The translations under genes and the position numbers were made by a program. From positions 585,679 to 649,678 of the forward strand of contig CAVSWB010000001.1 in assembly GCA_963731635.1 (NCBI GenBank): 64,000 bases of DNA, given 5' to 3'. This stretch comes from an uncultured Chloroflexia bacterium. GTDB taxonomy: Bacteria; Chloroflexota; Limnocylindria; Limnocylindrales; CSP1-4. Positions 28,713 through 37,865 of the stretch are shown here, in pieces (within the stretch, counting starts at the first letter, position 1; every line of letters begins with the position of its first letter). A model generated the notes under the pieces. It was not told the origin of the DNA. It was given only the letters and a program-made list of their open reading frames with translations, and ran no database searches.

Positions 28713-28883
28713 ATGCTGCTGCTGGTAATGGTGGGAGTTCTCGCCCTGTTCGCCTTCGGTTTCGAGGGTCGGCTCTCGCCGCGCCGGCCGGATCCGAGCC
28801 GAACGGCTGCAGTCACCGGCCGCGACCGCCGCTCCGACCGGCGGACGACCCACGGCTACATCGTGCCGGTCGATCGTCACTGA
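28713..28883 (+). CDS. possible 56-aa single-TM small protein
   Basis: Below the ORF-track cutoff. GAGGA lies 8 nt before the ATG. MLLLVMVGVLALFAFGF is followed by an Arg-rich tail. No homology recognised. Confidence 0.25.
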   Translation: MLLLVMVGVLALFAFGFEGRLSPRRPDPSRTAAVTGRDRRSDRRTTHGYIVPVDRH

Positions 28884-28931
28884 CCGAGCGCGACCCCGGA
28901 CCCGTCACTCACCAACAGAAGGGGCGAACTG

Positions 28932-29732
28932 ATGCGTTTCTCGAGGCCACTGGCGGTTCTGGCCATCGCCGCGCTCTCATTCGGCTGTTCGAACTCATCG
29001 ACCGCGACGTCTCCGGCTCTGAGCGGCTCGGCCTGGGGCGCTGCGTCGGCGGCGGCCAATGGCCTGACGGTCTTCTTCGAAGAGAACTGCCAGGTCGAGC
29101 TCATCGGCGGCGGCCGCCACGTACTGATCGACGTCTGGAACCCCACCGCGCTCTCCTCGCCCGCGAAGGCCAGCGACGTCTTGCTTACGACCCACCTCCA
29201 CAACGACCACTACAACCAGCCCTGGGCCGACACGTTTCCCGGCAAGACGATCACCAACCAGTCGACCACGCTCAAGCTCGACGATCTGAGCGTCACCTCG
29301 ATCGCGGCATCTCATTCGGGCGATGACGTCCAGCCCGATCCGAACGCCTCTAACCACATCTTCATCATCGACTTCGCCGGCTTCCACATCGTCCATTCCG
29401 GCTCGACCGGCCAGACGAAGCTCACCGACGAGCAGGTCGCGGCCATCGGCAGGCCCGACATCGCCTTCGCGGTCTTGCAGGATGTCAGCGGCACCAACCA
29501 CGTCGACCCGCTGAAGCAGATCGAGCAGATGAACCCGAAGCTGCTCGTCCCGACCCACGTCGCGTTCGATCCGGTTCAGGCCGCCGGCAAGGAATGGAGT
29601 GGGGCCTACAGCGAGAAGCCCTCAGTGACCATCACCAAGGATCAGCTGCCGACCAAGACGGAGATGCTCTTCATGGGCCAGCAAGCTTCGACTTACGGAG
29701 CGGTCCTGAAGATCCCCGCCAGCGCCCGGTAG
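28932..29732 (+). CDS. MBL-fold metallo-hydrolase lipoprotein
   Basis: Lipobox LSFGCS and HLHNDH (HxHxDH). Confidence 0.75.
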   Translation: MRFSRPLAVLAIAALSFGCSNSSTATSPALSGSAWGAASAAANGLTVFFEENCQVELIGGGRHVLIDVWNPTALSSPAKASDVLLTTHLHNDHYNQPWADTFPGKTITNQSTTLKLDDLSVTSIAASHSGDDVQPDPNASNHIFIIDFAGFHIVHSGSTGQTKLTDEQVAAIGRPDIAFAVLQDVSGTNHVDPLKQIEQMNPKLLVPTHVAFDPVQAAGKEWSGAYSEKPSVTITKDQLPTKTEMLFMGQQASTYGAVLKIPASAR

Positions 29733-29821
29733 CGGCTCATCGAGCGGGATCGGTTCGGCGACGCGTTCCGATCCCGCTCGTCCCTCTCGGCGACGGCCGT
29801 CCAGTAAGGAACCCCCAACCG

Positions 29822-30652
29822 ATGAGTACGACCAGCAAGCTCGCCGCTCTGGCTCTCGCCGCCCTGGCCCTGGCCGGCTGCTCGTCCGCCGCGCCGAGCC
29901 ATTCGGCGAGCGGCCCCGCGGTCGCTTCGACCCCTTCGACGGCTTCCAGCGCTTCGAGCGCAGCCGGCAAGCTCACGATCTACTACGAGGACAACGCCCA
30001 GGTCGAAATCGTCGGTCCCACCGGCCGTCGCGTTTTGGTCGACGTCTGGAACCCGAGCGCGCTATCGGCGCCGGCCACGGCGCAGGACGTGCTCCTGACC
30101 ACGCACGCGCACTCCGACCACTACCTGCAGAGCTTTCTCGACTCGTTCCCAGGCAAGAAGCTCACCTGGGAGCCGGGCACGATCAAGCTCAACGACGTGA
30201 GCGTTACGAGCCTCGCCTCGGCCCATGACGAAGGCACCGAGATCGCGCAGGTCGGGGCCAATGACTACATCTTCGTGATCGATATCGGCGGCTTCCGGAT
30301 CGCCCATTTCGGCGACTGCGGCCAGAAGGAGCTACTGCCCGATCAGCTCGCAACGATCGGCAAGCCGGATATCGCGATCTCCCAGCTGAACAACCCGTTC
30401 AGCACGATGGACGAGAACAACAAGAAGGGCCTGAACCTGATGAACCAGGTGAAGCCGCACATCCTCATCCCGACCCACCTGAGCTCCGCCACGGCCCAAC
30501 TGGCCGCGGCCACGTGGCACGCCACGTTCTCGAGCAAGCCCTCCATCTCGATCGGCAAGGACCAGCTTCCGAACGAGACCACGATCGTCTTCATGGGCAA
30601 CTCGGGCCCGAGCTACGGCACGGTCCTCAACTTGAAGGAATCCGCCTGGTAA
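29822..30652 (+). CDS. MBL-fold metallo-hydrolase lipoprotein (tandem paralogue)
   Basis: Lipobox LALAGCS and HAHSDH. It is collinear with the preceding gene (VDVWNP...LLTTH.H.DHY...FPGK...). ATG at 29822. Confidence 0.75.
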   Translation: MSTTSKLAALALAALALAGCSSAAPSHSASGPAVASTPSTASSASSAAGKLTIYYEDNAQVEIVGPTGRRVLVDVWNPSALSAPATAQDVLLTTHAHSDHYLQSFLDSFPGKKLTWEPGTIKLNDVSVTSLASAHDEGTEIAQVGANDYIFVIDIGGFRIAHFGDCGQKELLPDQLATIGKPDIAISQLNNPFSTMDENNKKGLNLMNQVKPHILIPTHLSSATAQLAAATWHATFSSKPSISIGKDQLPNETTIVFMGNSGPSYGTVLNLKESAW

Positions 30653-30776
30653 GTCGTTCTCCCTCCGACGTCTACCAGGATGTGAAGCGAGTCCGGCCGG
30701 GTCAGTGCCGGGCTCGCTTCGAATTCACGACTGGCGGGCTGGGCGCGTGCCGGGCTTCGGGTGGGCCGGCTCCCGG

Positions 30777-31694
30777 TCAGCGGCTCGGCGATAAGTAGCT
30801 CGCCAGCCCTTCCGCCAGCGGCGTGAGCCGGCGTGGCAGTCGCTGCCGGAGCAGCTCCGTGTCCACCGGCGCGGACGCCACCACGAAATCGATCGCATCC
30901 GGCGTCATCGGCGGCGACGGCAGGAGCGTCAGCGGGCGAGTCGCCAGCTTCATGAGGCCGGCCGGCGCATGCAGAATCGGCCGCCGGCGACCCGAGGCCC
31001 GCAGCGCCGCCCGCACGATCTCGTCCATCGTCAGGGTTTCGGGACCGCCGAGTTCGAGGGTGACGTTCTCCGTGGCCGGCGTGGCGATCGAGTCGGCGAC
31101 CAGGGCGCCCACGTCGGAGACGAGGACCGGCGCCAGCAGCTGGCGACCGTTGCCGATCTGTGGGATGAACGGCAGCCATTTGGCGAAACCGAGGAAGCGG
31201 TTCAGCGACCGGTCGCCGGGGCCGTAGATCCAGCTTGGCCGGAAGATCGTGAAGGTCAGGCCGCTGCCTCGGACGGCCTCTTCGGCTCGCCATTTGGCCC
31301 GATACCAGTGCCGCCGGGCATCGGGCAATGCGCCGGCGCCGGACATATAGACGAGCCTCCGGACTCCCGACTGCCGTGCCGCGGTGACGAGCGCCTCCGT
31401 GCCGGCTGCGTCCACCTGGTCGAAGGTCTGACCTCGGCGGGGCGCCTCGACGGGGGAGTTCCGGAAGGCCAGGCTGATCACCAGGACCTCCACTCCCACG
31501 AGGGCGGCGCCGATGCTCTCGGGCCTGGTGACGTCCGCTACCCGGTATTCGAAGGGATTGCCCGGGTCGCTCGATGGCTTTCGGTGAGTCAGGACGATCA
31601 CCTTGTTGCCGCGCGTCAAAAGCTCGTGGGCTATCGCCCCACCGACGAACCCGGTCCCACCTGCAACGGCCACGACTGGCTTCGCGGCGTCCAT
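30777..31694 (-). CDS. NAD(P)-binding Rossmann-fold protein (NDUFA9/NmrA-like SDR)
   Basis: VAVAGGTGFVGGAIAHELLTRG. GGAGGA precedes the ATG at 31694. Confidence 0.75.
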   Translation of the reverse strand: MDAAKPVVAVAGGTGFVGGAIAHELLTRGNKVIVLTHRKPSSDPGNPFEYRVADVTRPESIGAALVGVEVLVISLAFRNSPVEAPRRGQTFDQVDAAGTEALVTAARQSGVRRLVYMSGAGALPDARRHWYRAKWRAEEAVRGSGLTFTIFRPSWIYGPGDRSLNRFLGFAKWLPFIPQIGNGRQLLAPVLVSDVGALVADSIATPATENVTLELGGPETLTMDEIVRAALRASGRRRPILHAPAGLMKLATRPLTLLPSPPMTPDAIDFVVASAPVDTELLRQRLPRRLTPLAEGLASYLSPSR

Positions 31695-31818
31695 CGGAGT
31701 TCCTCCAGGCTGTTTTGGACCAGCATAGGCTCCGGAACGGCGTTGACCCGCGGCCGTGCCCGCCGTTGCGGCTTCCGTCAAGCTAGACGCTCAGGTCGGC
31801 CGATTTCGGGAGGCGTCG

Positions 31819-32434
31819 TTGGATCTCGCTGCCACCTTCGTGCGGGGCCTTGTCGTCGGTTTCGCGATCGCGGCTGCACTCGGCCCGATCGGGCTGCTGT
31901 GCATCCGCCGGACGCTGGTCGAGGGAACGCGCGTCGGCGTGGCGTCGGGACTCGGAGCCGCCACTGCCGACGCGTTCTACGCTTCGATTGCCGCGTTCGG
32001 CCTGTCGGCCGCTTCCGACCTTCTCATCGGCGAGCGGCGGCCGCTCGGGATCGTTGGCGGCTTCTTCCTGGTGGTCCTCGCGACCCGCGCGCTGCTGTCA
32101 CGCTCCGAGGCGGCGATGGAGCGGCCGCCCAGGACGCTGGCGTCCGCCTACGCCACGACGCTCGGCCTGACGATCGCCAACCCGGCCACGATCCTGTCCT
32201 TTGCGGCCGCGTTCGTCGGTCTCGGCCTCGCCGGCCACGATGCCCCGACCGCGGCCGTGCTCGTGCTGGGCGTATTCGGCGGCTCGGCGTCGTGGTGGCT
32301 CGTGCTCGCCGGAGGCGTATCCGCGTTCCGCGAGCGCCTTGGGCCGAATGCTCTCCGGCGCCTGGCCGCGGGTTTCGAATGCGCTGATCGGCCTGCTCGG
32401 ACTGGCCGTTATCGCAGCCAGCCTGGCGGCTTGA
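31819..32434 (+). CDS. LysE/RhtB-family amino-acid exporter, one frameshift near 32368
   Basis: LDLAATFVRGLVVGFAIAAALGPIGLLCIRRTL. The C-terminal helix VSNALIGLLGLAVIAASLAA-stop is in a second frame. TTG start at 31819 follows GGGAGG. Confidence 0.7.
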
Positions 32435-32576
32435 GCGGCGCTGGCTTCACGGCCCGCGGGCGGTCTGCCCGTCGATCCGAGCCTCGGCTAAGCTAAACGC
32501 GCGCGGCGCTTTTCGGCGCCCGATCCTCGGGTCCGACGGCCGGTCGGGCTTGCGAGCGGCTCAGGGAGAAGCCACG

Positions 32577-33344
32577 ATGCGACTTGCCGACAAGGTCTCC
32601 GTCATCACCGGCGCGGGCAGTGGGATGGGCCGTGTGGCCGCGCTGAGGTTTGCCGCGGAGGGCTCCCGGGTGGTCGTGGCCGACAACAACGGCGATGCTG
32701 CCGACGAGACCGTCCGTCGGGTTGAGGCGGCCGGCGGGCATGCGGTGGCTGCCACGGTCGACATTTCCCGCGAGGCCGACGCCCGAGCGATGATCGAGCT
32801 GGCCATCTCGGAATACGGCAGGCTCGATGTCCTGTACAACAACGCCGGGATCATGCCGGAAGCCGACCATTCGGTCGTCGACACTCCAGTCGAGGCGTGG
32901 GACCAGGTCATGGCGGTCAACGTCCGGGGCGTCTATCTGGCCTGCAAGCACGCAATTCCCCGGATGGTCGAGCGCCATTCGGGATCGATCATCAATGTTT
33001 CGAGCTTCGTGGCGATCCTGGGTTGCTCGGTTCCGCAGGACGCCTACACTGCCTCCAAGGGCGCTGTCCTGGCGTTGACCCGTTCCCTGGCCGTCCAGTT
33101 CGCACCCCAGGGAATTCGAACCAACGCCATCCTGCCCGGCCCCGTCGAAACCCCGTTGTTGATGGACTGGCTGCTCAAAGACGAAGCGGCAAAGAATCTC
33201 CGCCTGGCGCGAAACCCGACCGGACGCTTCGGCAAGGCCGATGAGGTCGTGGCACTTGCCGTCTACCTCGCCTCGGACGAATCCGCCTGGACGAACGGCG
33301 CCTCGATGGTCGTTGATGGCGGCATCAGCGTGAACTACTTCTAG
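32577..33344 (+). CDS. short-chain dehydrogenase/reductase
   Basis: TGAGSGMGR and YTASKGAV (YxxxK). Confidence 0.85.
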   Translation: MRLADKVSVITGAGSGMGRVAALRFAAEGSRVVVADNNGDAADETVRRVEAAGGHAVAATVDISREADARAMIELAISEYGRLDVLYNNAGIMPEADHSVVDTPVEAWDQVMAVNVRGVYLACKHAIPRMVERHSGSIINVSSFVAILGCSVPQDAYTASKGAVLALTRSLAVQFAPQGIRTNAILPGPVETPLLMDWLLKDEAAKNLRLARNPTGRFGKADEVVALAVYLASDESAWTNGASMVVDGGISVNYF

Positions 33345-33353
33345 AGGAACCCG

Positions 33354-34193
33354 ATGGCGACCAACCTCAGTGCGATCGAAAGCAAGCCGAGCGACCTCGC
33401 GATAGGCATCGACTTCGGCGGTAGCGGCATCAAAGGCGCCATCGTGGACGTTCGCACGGGCTTGCTCGTCGGCGATCGGCTGCGTGTGCCGACTCCTCAG
33501 CCGTCGGTTCCGCGCGAGGTGGTGGCGGTCATGGACGGGTTGATCAATCGGCTCGTCGATCCGTGGGCGCAGGGCGAGGCCGATGGTTTCCCCGTTGGCG
33601 TCGGAATCCCGGCGGCGATCCGCAACGGCACGACGATGACGGCAGCCAACATCAATTCGGCCTGGCTGGGCTTCCCGGCCGAACGGGAGATGTCGGTGGT
33701 CCTGAAGCGGACCGTCGCCGTCGGAAATGACGCGGACGTGGCTGGGAATGCGGAATTGCGCTTCGGGGCGGGCCGCGGCCAGTCGGGCCTCGTCATTGTC
33801 CTGACGATCGGCACCGGGGTCGGCTCGGCGCTCTTCATCGATGGGCATCTGGTTCCGAACACAGAACTCGGCCATCTCGAGATGCGCGGCCGCGACGCCG
33901 AGGAACGGGTCGCCGAGTCCGCACGCGATCGGCTCAACCTCAACTGGAGGGAATGGGCCTCCGGCTTCGACGAATATCTGCACGTTCTGGAGCGGCTTTT
34001 CTGGCCGGACCTGTTCATCCTCGGCGGCGGCGCGTCGAAGCGAGCCGACAACTACCTGCCGTACGTGACGGTCAAGACCCCGATCGCGCTTGCAACGCTC
34101 CGGAACAACGCCGGGATTGTCGGCGGCGCGCTCATTGCCCACGAGCGGCGATACCACGCGGCGGTCCGGGACGCGGGCGAGCCGATCTCCTAG
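33354..34193 (+). CDS. ppgK: polyphosphate glucokinase (ROK family)
   Basis: IGIDFGGSGIKGAIVD...TIGTGVGSALF...ELGHLE. Confidence 0.8.
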   Translation: MATNLSAIESKPSDLAIGIDFGGSGIKGAIVDVRTGLLVGDRLRVPTPQPSVPREVVAVMDGLINRLVDPWAQGEADGFPVGVGIPAAIRNGTTMTAANINSAWLGFPAEREMSVVLKRTVAVGNDADVAGNAELRFGAGRGQSGLVIVLTIGTGVGSALFIDGHLVPNTELGHLEMRGRDAEERVAESARDRLNLNWREWASGFDEYLHVLERLFWPDLFILGGGASKRADNYLPYVTVKTPIALATLRNNAGIVGGALIAHERRYHAAVRDAGEPIS

Positions 34194-34301
34194 GGAGTCG
34201 CAGCCGGCGCCGACGCGCGGCCGCGGCCGGCGGCGCGGCGTGGCAACCGCGGCGCGGCGCGACAAACCGCCGCGTTGCGGCCGGCTTGGCGGGTTCCGGT
34301 G

Positions 34302-34535
34302 CTATTTCGCCGGCACGCGCAGTTCAACTTTGCGACAGGCGCGGCAGGCGAAGACTTCCAGGTCGAGCGTGCCTTCATCCAGCTCGGCGAGCTGGCCGAA
34401 CACCAGCCCCCAGCCGCCCGAGGTGCCGCCCACTCGAAAGGTTTCGATGCCGACCGGCTCGAGTGCTTCACCGCAGCGCAGGCACGCGCCATAGCCGGCG
34501 GCCACGTCGGTTGCGTCGGGATCCTGCTTCGACAT
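34302..34535 (-). CDS. small zinc-ribbon protein (77 aa)
   Basis: Two CxxC pairs (CLRCGE ... CRACRK). Confidence 0.55.
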   Translation of the reverse strand: MSKQDPDATDVAAGYGACLRCGEALEPVGIETFRVGGTSGGWGLVFGQLAELDEGTLDLEVFACRACRKVELRVPAK

Positions 34536-34640
34536 CGCAATTCCCTCCAGGCGCTATCGGTGCGAGGCGCGGCGGGCGCCCGTTCGTTCGACTCCGCGGC
34601 GGAGCAGCAGGTTCGTTTCGGGCGGGGCGAGCTCCGCTCC

Positions 34641-35729
34641 CTACGCCCTGGTCTCGGCCCCGCGGAGCTCCTTCAGTCGCGGCACGCTGCCCGACACGAC
34701 CAGCGTTTCGCCCGCCTTGAGGACGCGGTCCGCGGGGGGATTGGCTTCGTAACTTCGCTCTCCCTGCACGATCGCGAGCACGAAGACCCCGGTGTCGCGC
34801 AGGGCGCCCACGGTCGAGCCGTCGATCGAAGTGCCGGCCACGACCTCGACTTCCTCCATCGAAAACGCCAGTTCCCCGTGCGAGAGCGCGGCGTCGATGA
34901 AGTCCACGACGCGCGGCCGAGTTGCAAGCTCGGCGAGCCTGTGGCCGGCCATGGTGTATGGCGAGACCACACGGTCCGCGCCGGCCTGCATCAGCCGGGC
35001 CTCGGAGTCGGCGGTGTTGGCCCGTGCGACCACGAAGAGGTTGGGGTTCATCGAGCGCGCCGAGAGGATCACGTAGACGTTGTGGGCGTCCGAGTCGATC
35101 GTGGTGATCAGGCCGCGCGCCCGTTCGATGCCGGCCGCACGCAGGGTCCCCTCTTCGGTGGCGTCGCCCTCGACCTCGAGAAAGCCCTCGCGCCTCGCCC
35201 GGGCCAGCGATTCGGGCAGGATGTCGATGACGACGACCTTGAGCCCCGAATGCACGAGTTCGCGGGCGACGGTCAGCCCGACACGGCCGTATCCGCAAAG
35301 GATGTAATGGCCCTGGAGCTTGCCTACCGCGTCGGCCATGCGCTTTGCCTCCCGTCGTCCACTGGTCGCCTCCACCACGAGGTATTCGGCCACGATCCCG
35401 ACCGACCCGAAGATGAGCCCCACACCGCTCAGCTCCAGGATCATCGTCCAGAGCCGGCCGGCGTCGTTGAGCGTCCCGACCTCGCGGAACCCGACGGTCG
35501 TGAGCGCGTTGACCGCCATGTAGACCGCGTCGAGCAGGTGCCAGCCGGGTTCGATGAGCAGGTAGCCGGTCGTCCCGACGAGGATCGAGCCGATCACGAC
35601 GGCGAGCCAGATCCGGACGTGGGTAGCGGTGATGGTCGCGGGAGCCGTGAGCGGGACGGCCGCAGGCCTGGTTCCCGCCGCGACCGAGCGTGACGATTGT
35701 CCGGACTGATACCGCGTGTCGTCGCTCAT
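34641..35729 (-). CDS. 2-TM pore-loop cation channel with RCK (TrkA-N/TrkA-C) domains and an atypical filter
   Basis: Two TM helices flank NALTTVGFREVG. Rossmann motif ILCGYGRVG, then a TrkA-C-like C-terminus. Confidence 0.8.
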   Translation of the reverse strand: MSDDTRYQSGQSSRSVAAGTRPAAVPLTAPATITATHVRIWLAVVIGSILVGTTGYLLIEPGWHLLDAVYMAVNALTTVGFREVGTLNDAGRLWTMILELSGVGLIFGSVGIVAEYLVVEATSGRREAKRMADAVGKLQGHYILCGYGRVGLTVARELVHSGLKVVVIDILPESLARARREGFLEVEGDATEEGTLRAAGIERARGLITTIDSDAHNVYVILSARSMNPNLFVVARANTADSEARLMQAGADRVVSPYTMAGHRLAELATRPRVVDFIDAALSHGELAFSMEEVEVVAGTSIDGSTVGALRDTGVFVLAIVQGERSYEANPPADRVLKAGETLVVSGSVPRLKELRGAETRA

Positions 35730-35854
35730 GCGCCGCGAATTCTAGTCGCGTGGAGGGCGGACCGAGGGCCCCAGCGGCGAGGGGCGGCGCGTGCCCCGCG
35801 GTGCGGGGCCGCCTCTCCCCCGCGGCGAGGGCCGGCTCGGGCGCGGCTGCCCAA

Positions 35855-36144
35855 CCCCTTGCCCTGAAGCTCGGCTACCGCAGCCTCGACCATTGCCGCG
35901 TGGCGCTTGTCGCGGAGTCGGTCGATCTTCGGGTGGCGCCAGCCGAGCGTGAGAATCGGCGGCATGCGAAGAGCGCGACTCATGGCCCCCAGCGTGCCCA
36001 CGTCATCCCCTCGAGCTCGCCGCGCTCCAGCCTCGAGATCGTCTCGCAGCTCAGGCCGGCCCGGTCTGCCACATCCATTTGGCGGAGCCCGCAAGCATGC
36101 CTCAACTCGCGGACCGACCGGCCGACCTGGACGTCATCGCTCAC
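35855..36144 (-). pseudogene. XRE-family helix-turn-helix gene remnant (frameshifted and 3'-truncated)
   Basis: GTG at 36144: VSDDVQVGRSVRELRHACGLRQMDVADRAGLSCETISRLERGELEGMT. It then shifts frame near 36000 to VGTLGAMSRALRM...RHPKIDRLRDKRHAAMVEAAVAELQ. It then runs into the channel gene start. Confidence 0.5.
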
Positions 36145-36233
36145 GAGCCGAACTATGGCGATAGAGTCTTGGCGCCGGCGTATCTCGGTATGATCCGCTG
36201 GACCGCGGAGCGACGGCCCCCCAACGAGGAACG

Positions 36234-37682
36234 GTGATGACGATCGAATCCAGGATGGTGATCGGCGGCGAACACGTGGCCGCAGCCGACGGCCAAACGT
36301 TCGATGTCGTCAGCCCCGTCACCGGCGAGGTGATCGCCCGCGTTCCCAAAGGCGGTCGGGAAGACGTCGACCGCGCCGTCGCCGCCGCGCAGAAAGCCTT
36401 CGACGGCGAGTGGCACGCCTGGAGCCAGACCCGCCGCGGCCAGGCCCTCAGCCGCCTGGCCGGACTCGTCCGCGACCATCTGGACGAGCTGGCCGCCACG
36501 GAGTCCCGGAACATGGGCAAGCCCATCTCGTCGGCGCGCTGGGAAATCGGCGCCGTCGCCAACGTCATGGAGTACTACGGCGGGGCCGCGAACAAACTCA
36601 CCGGCGAGACCATCCCCGTCTCCAAGCCCGGCTTCGACTTCACTCTTCGCGAGCCGATCGGCGTGGTGGGCCTCATCGTGCCGTGGAATTTCCCGCTCAT
36701 GCTGGCCGGCTGGAAGATGGGCCCGGCCCTCGCCGCCGGCAACACCGCGATCCTCAAACCCGCCAGCTACACGCCGCTGACCGCGATCCGATTCGCCGAG
36801 CTAGCCCTGGAGGCGGGCTTCCCCTCGGGCGTCCTGAACGTCGTCACCGGCCCGGGCGGAACGGCGGGGCAGGCCATCGCCGCTCACCCCGGAATTGGGA
36901 AAGTGGCCTTCACCGGCGAGACCGCCACGGGTCAGGAGATCATGCGCGCGGCCGCCGGCAACGTGAAGAAGATCAGCCTCGAACTCGGCGGCAAGAGCCC
37001 CAACATTGTCTTCGCCGACGCGGACCTCGAGCGTTTCGCGGCCGAATCGCCTTACTCCGTCTTCGACAATTGCGGCCAGGACTGCTGCGCCCGCAGCCGC
37101 ATCCTCGTGGAACGCTCGGTCCACGACCGCGTGGTCGAAGCATTTGCGCGGGCGACGCTCAAGGTCAAGGTGGGCGACCCCGACGAGGCGGCCACCGAGA
37201 TGGGCACGATGGTGAGCTTCCGTCAACGCGAGAGCGTCCTGGACTACATCCGGATCGGGAGCGAGGAGGGCGCGCGGGTGGTGGTCGGAGGCGGAGCACC
37301 GGCTGAACCGGCGTACGCGCAGGGCGCCTACATCCAGCCGACAGTTTTCGATCGCGTCACCCCCGGCATGCGAATCGCCCGGGAGGAGATCTTCGGGCCG
37401 GTCGTCGCCGTCATTCCCTTCGATACGGAAGAAGAAGCGGTGCGGCTGGCGAACGACTCGCCATATGGCTTATCGGGGTCGATCTGGACGCGCGACATCG
37501 GCCGGGCGATCCGAATGGCGCGGGCGGTCCGGACCGGAGTGCTCTCGGTCAACTGCAACTCGAGCGTTCACACCGAAGCACCGTTCGGCGGCTACAAGAT
37601 GTCGGGCGTCGGTCGGGAAAACGGCATGCACGCGCTCGACGAATACACGCAGATCAAGAACGTCTACGTCGATCTGAGCTGA
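36234..37682 (+). CDS. NAD-dependent aldehyde dehydrogenase
   Basis: FTGETATG, ELGGKSP and GQDCCARSR catalytic Glu/Cys motifs. GAGGAA precedes GTGATG (ATG at 36237). Confidence 0.9.
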   Translation: MMTIESRMVIGGEHVAAADGQTFDVVSPVTGEVIARVPKGGREDVDRAVAAAQKAFDGEWHAWSQTRRGQALSRLAGLVRDHLDELAATESRNMGKPISSARWEIGAVANVMEYYGGAANKLTGETIPVSKPGFDFTLREPIGVVGLIVPWNFPLMLAGWKMGPALAAGNTAILKPASYTPLTAIRFAELALEAGFPSGVLNVVTGPGGTAGQAIAAHPGIGKVAFTGETATGQEIMRAAAGNVKKISLELGGKSPNIVFADADLERFAAESPYSVFDNCGQDCCARSRILVERSVHDRVVEAFARATLKVKVGDPDEAATEMGTMVSFRQRESVLDYIRIGSEEGARVVVGGGAPAEPAYAQGAYIQPTVFDRVTPGMRIAREEIFGPVVAVIPFDTEEEAVRLANDSPYGLSGSIWTRDIGRAIRMARAVRTGVLSVNCNSSVHTEAPFGGYKMSGVGRENGMHALDEYTQIKNVYVDLS

Positions 37683-37865
37683 CCGCCGAAACGAATCGTA
37701 CCCGGGCGGCGGACGATCGGCTGCGGCCGAACCAGCGACACCCTGAAGGGCCATGACGGGGGCACGAGAACGGCTCCGGGCGCGTCATGACCTTTATCTC
37801 ATTGTCCTGTGGTGGCGTCGCACGAAGACTTGTGCCGATATGAAGGCCCCCCGAGGAACCTCGAA

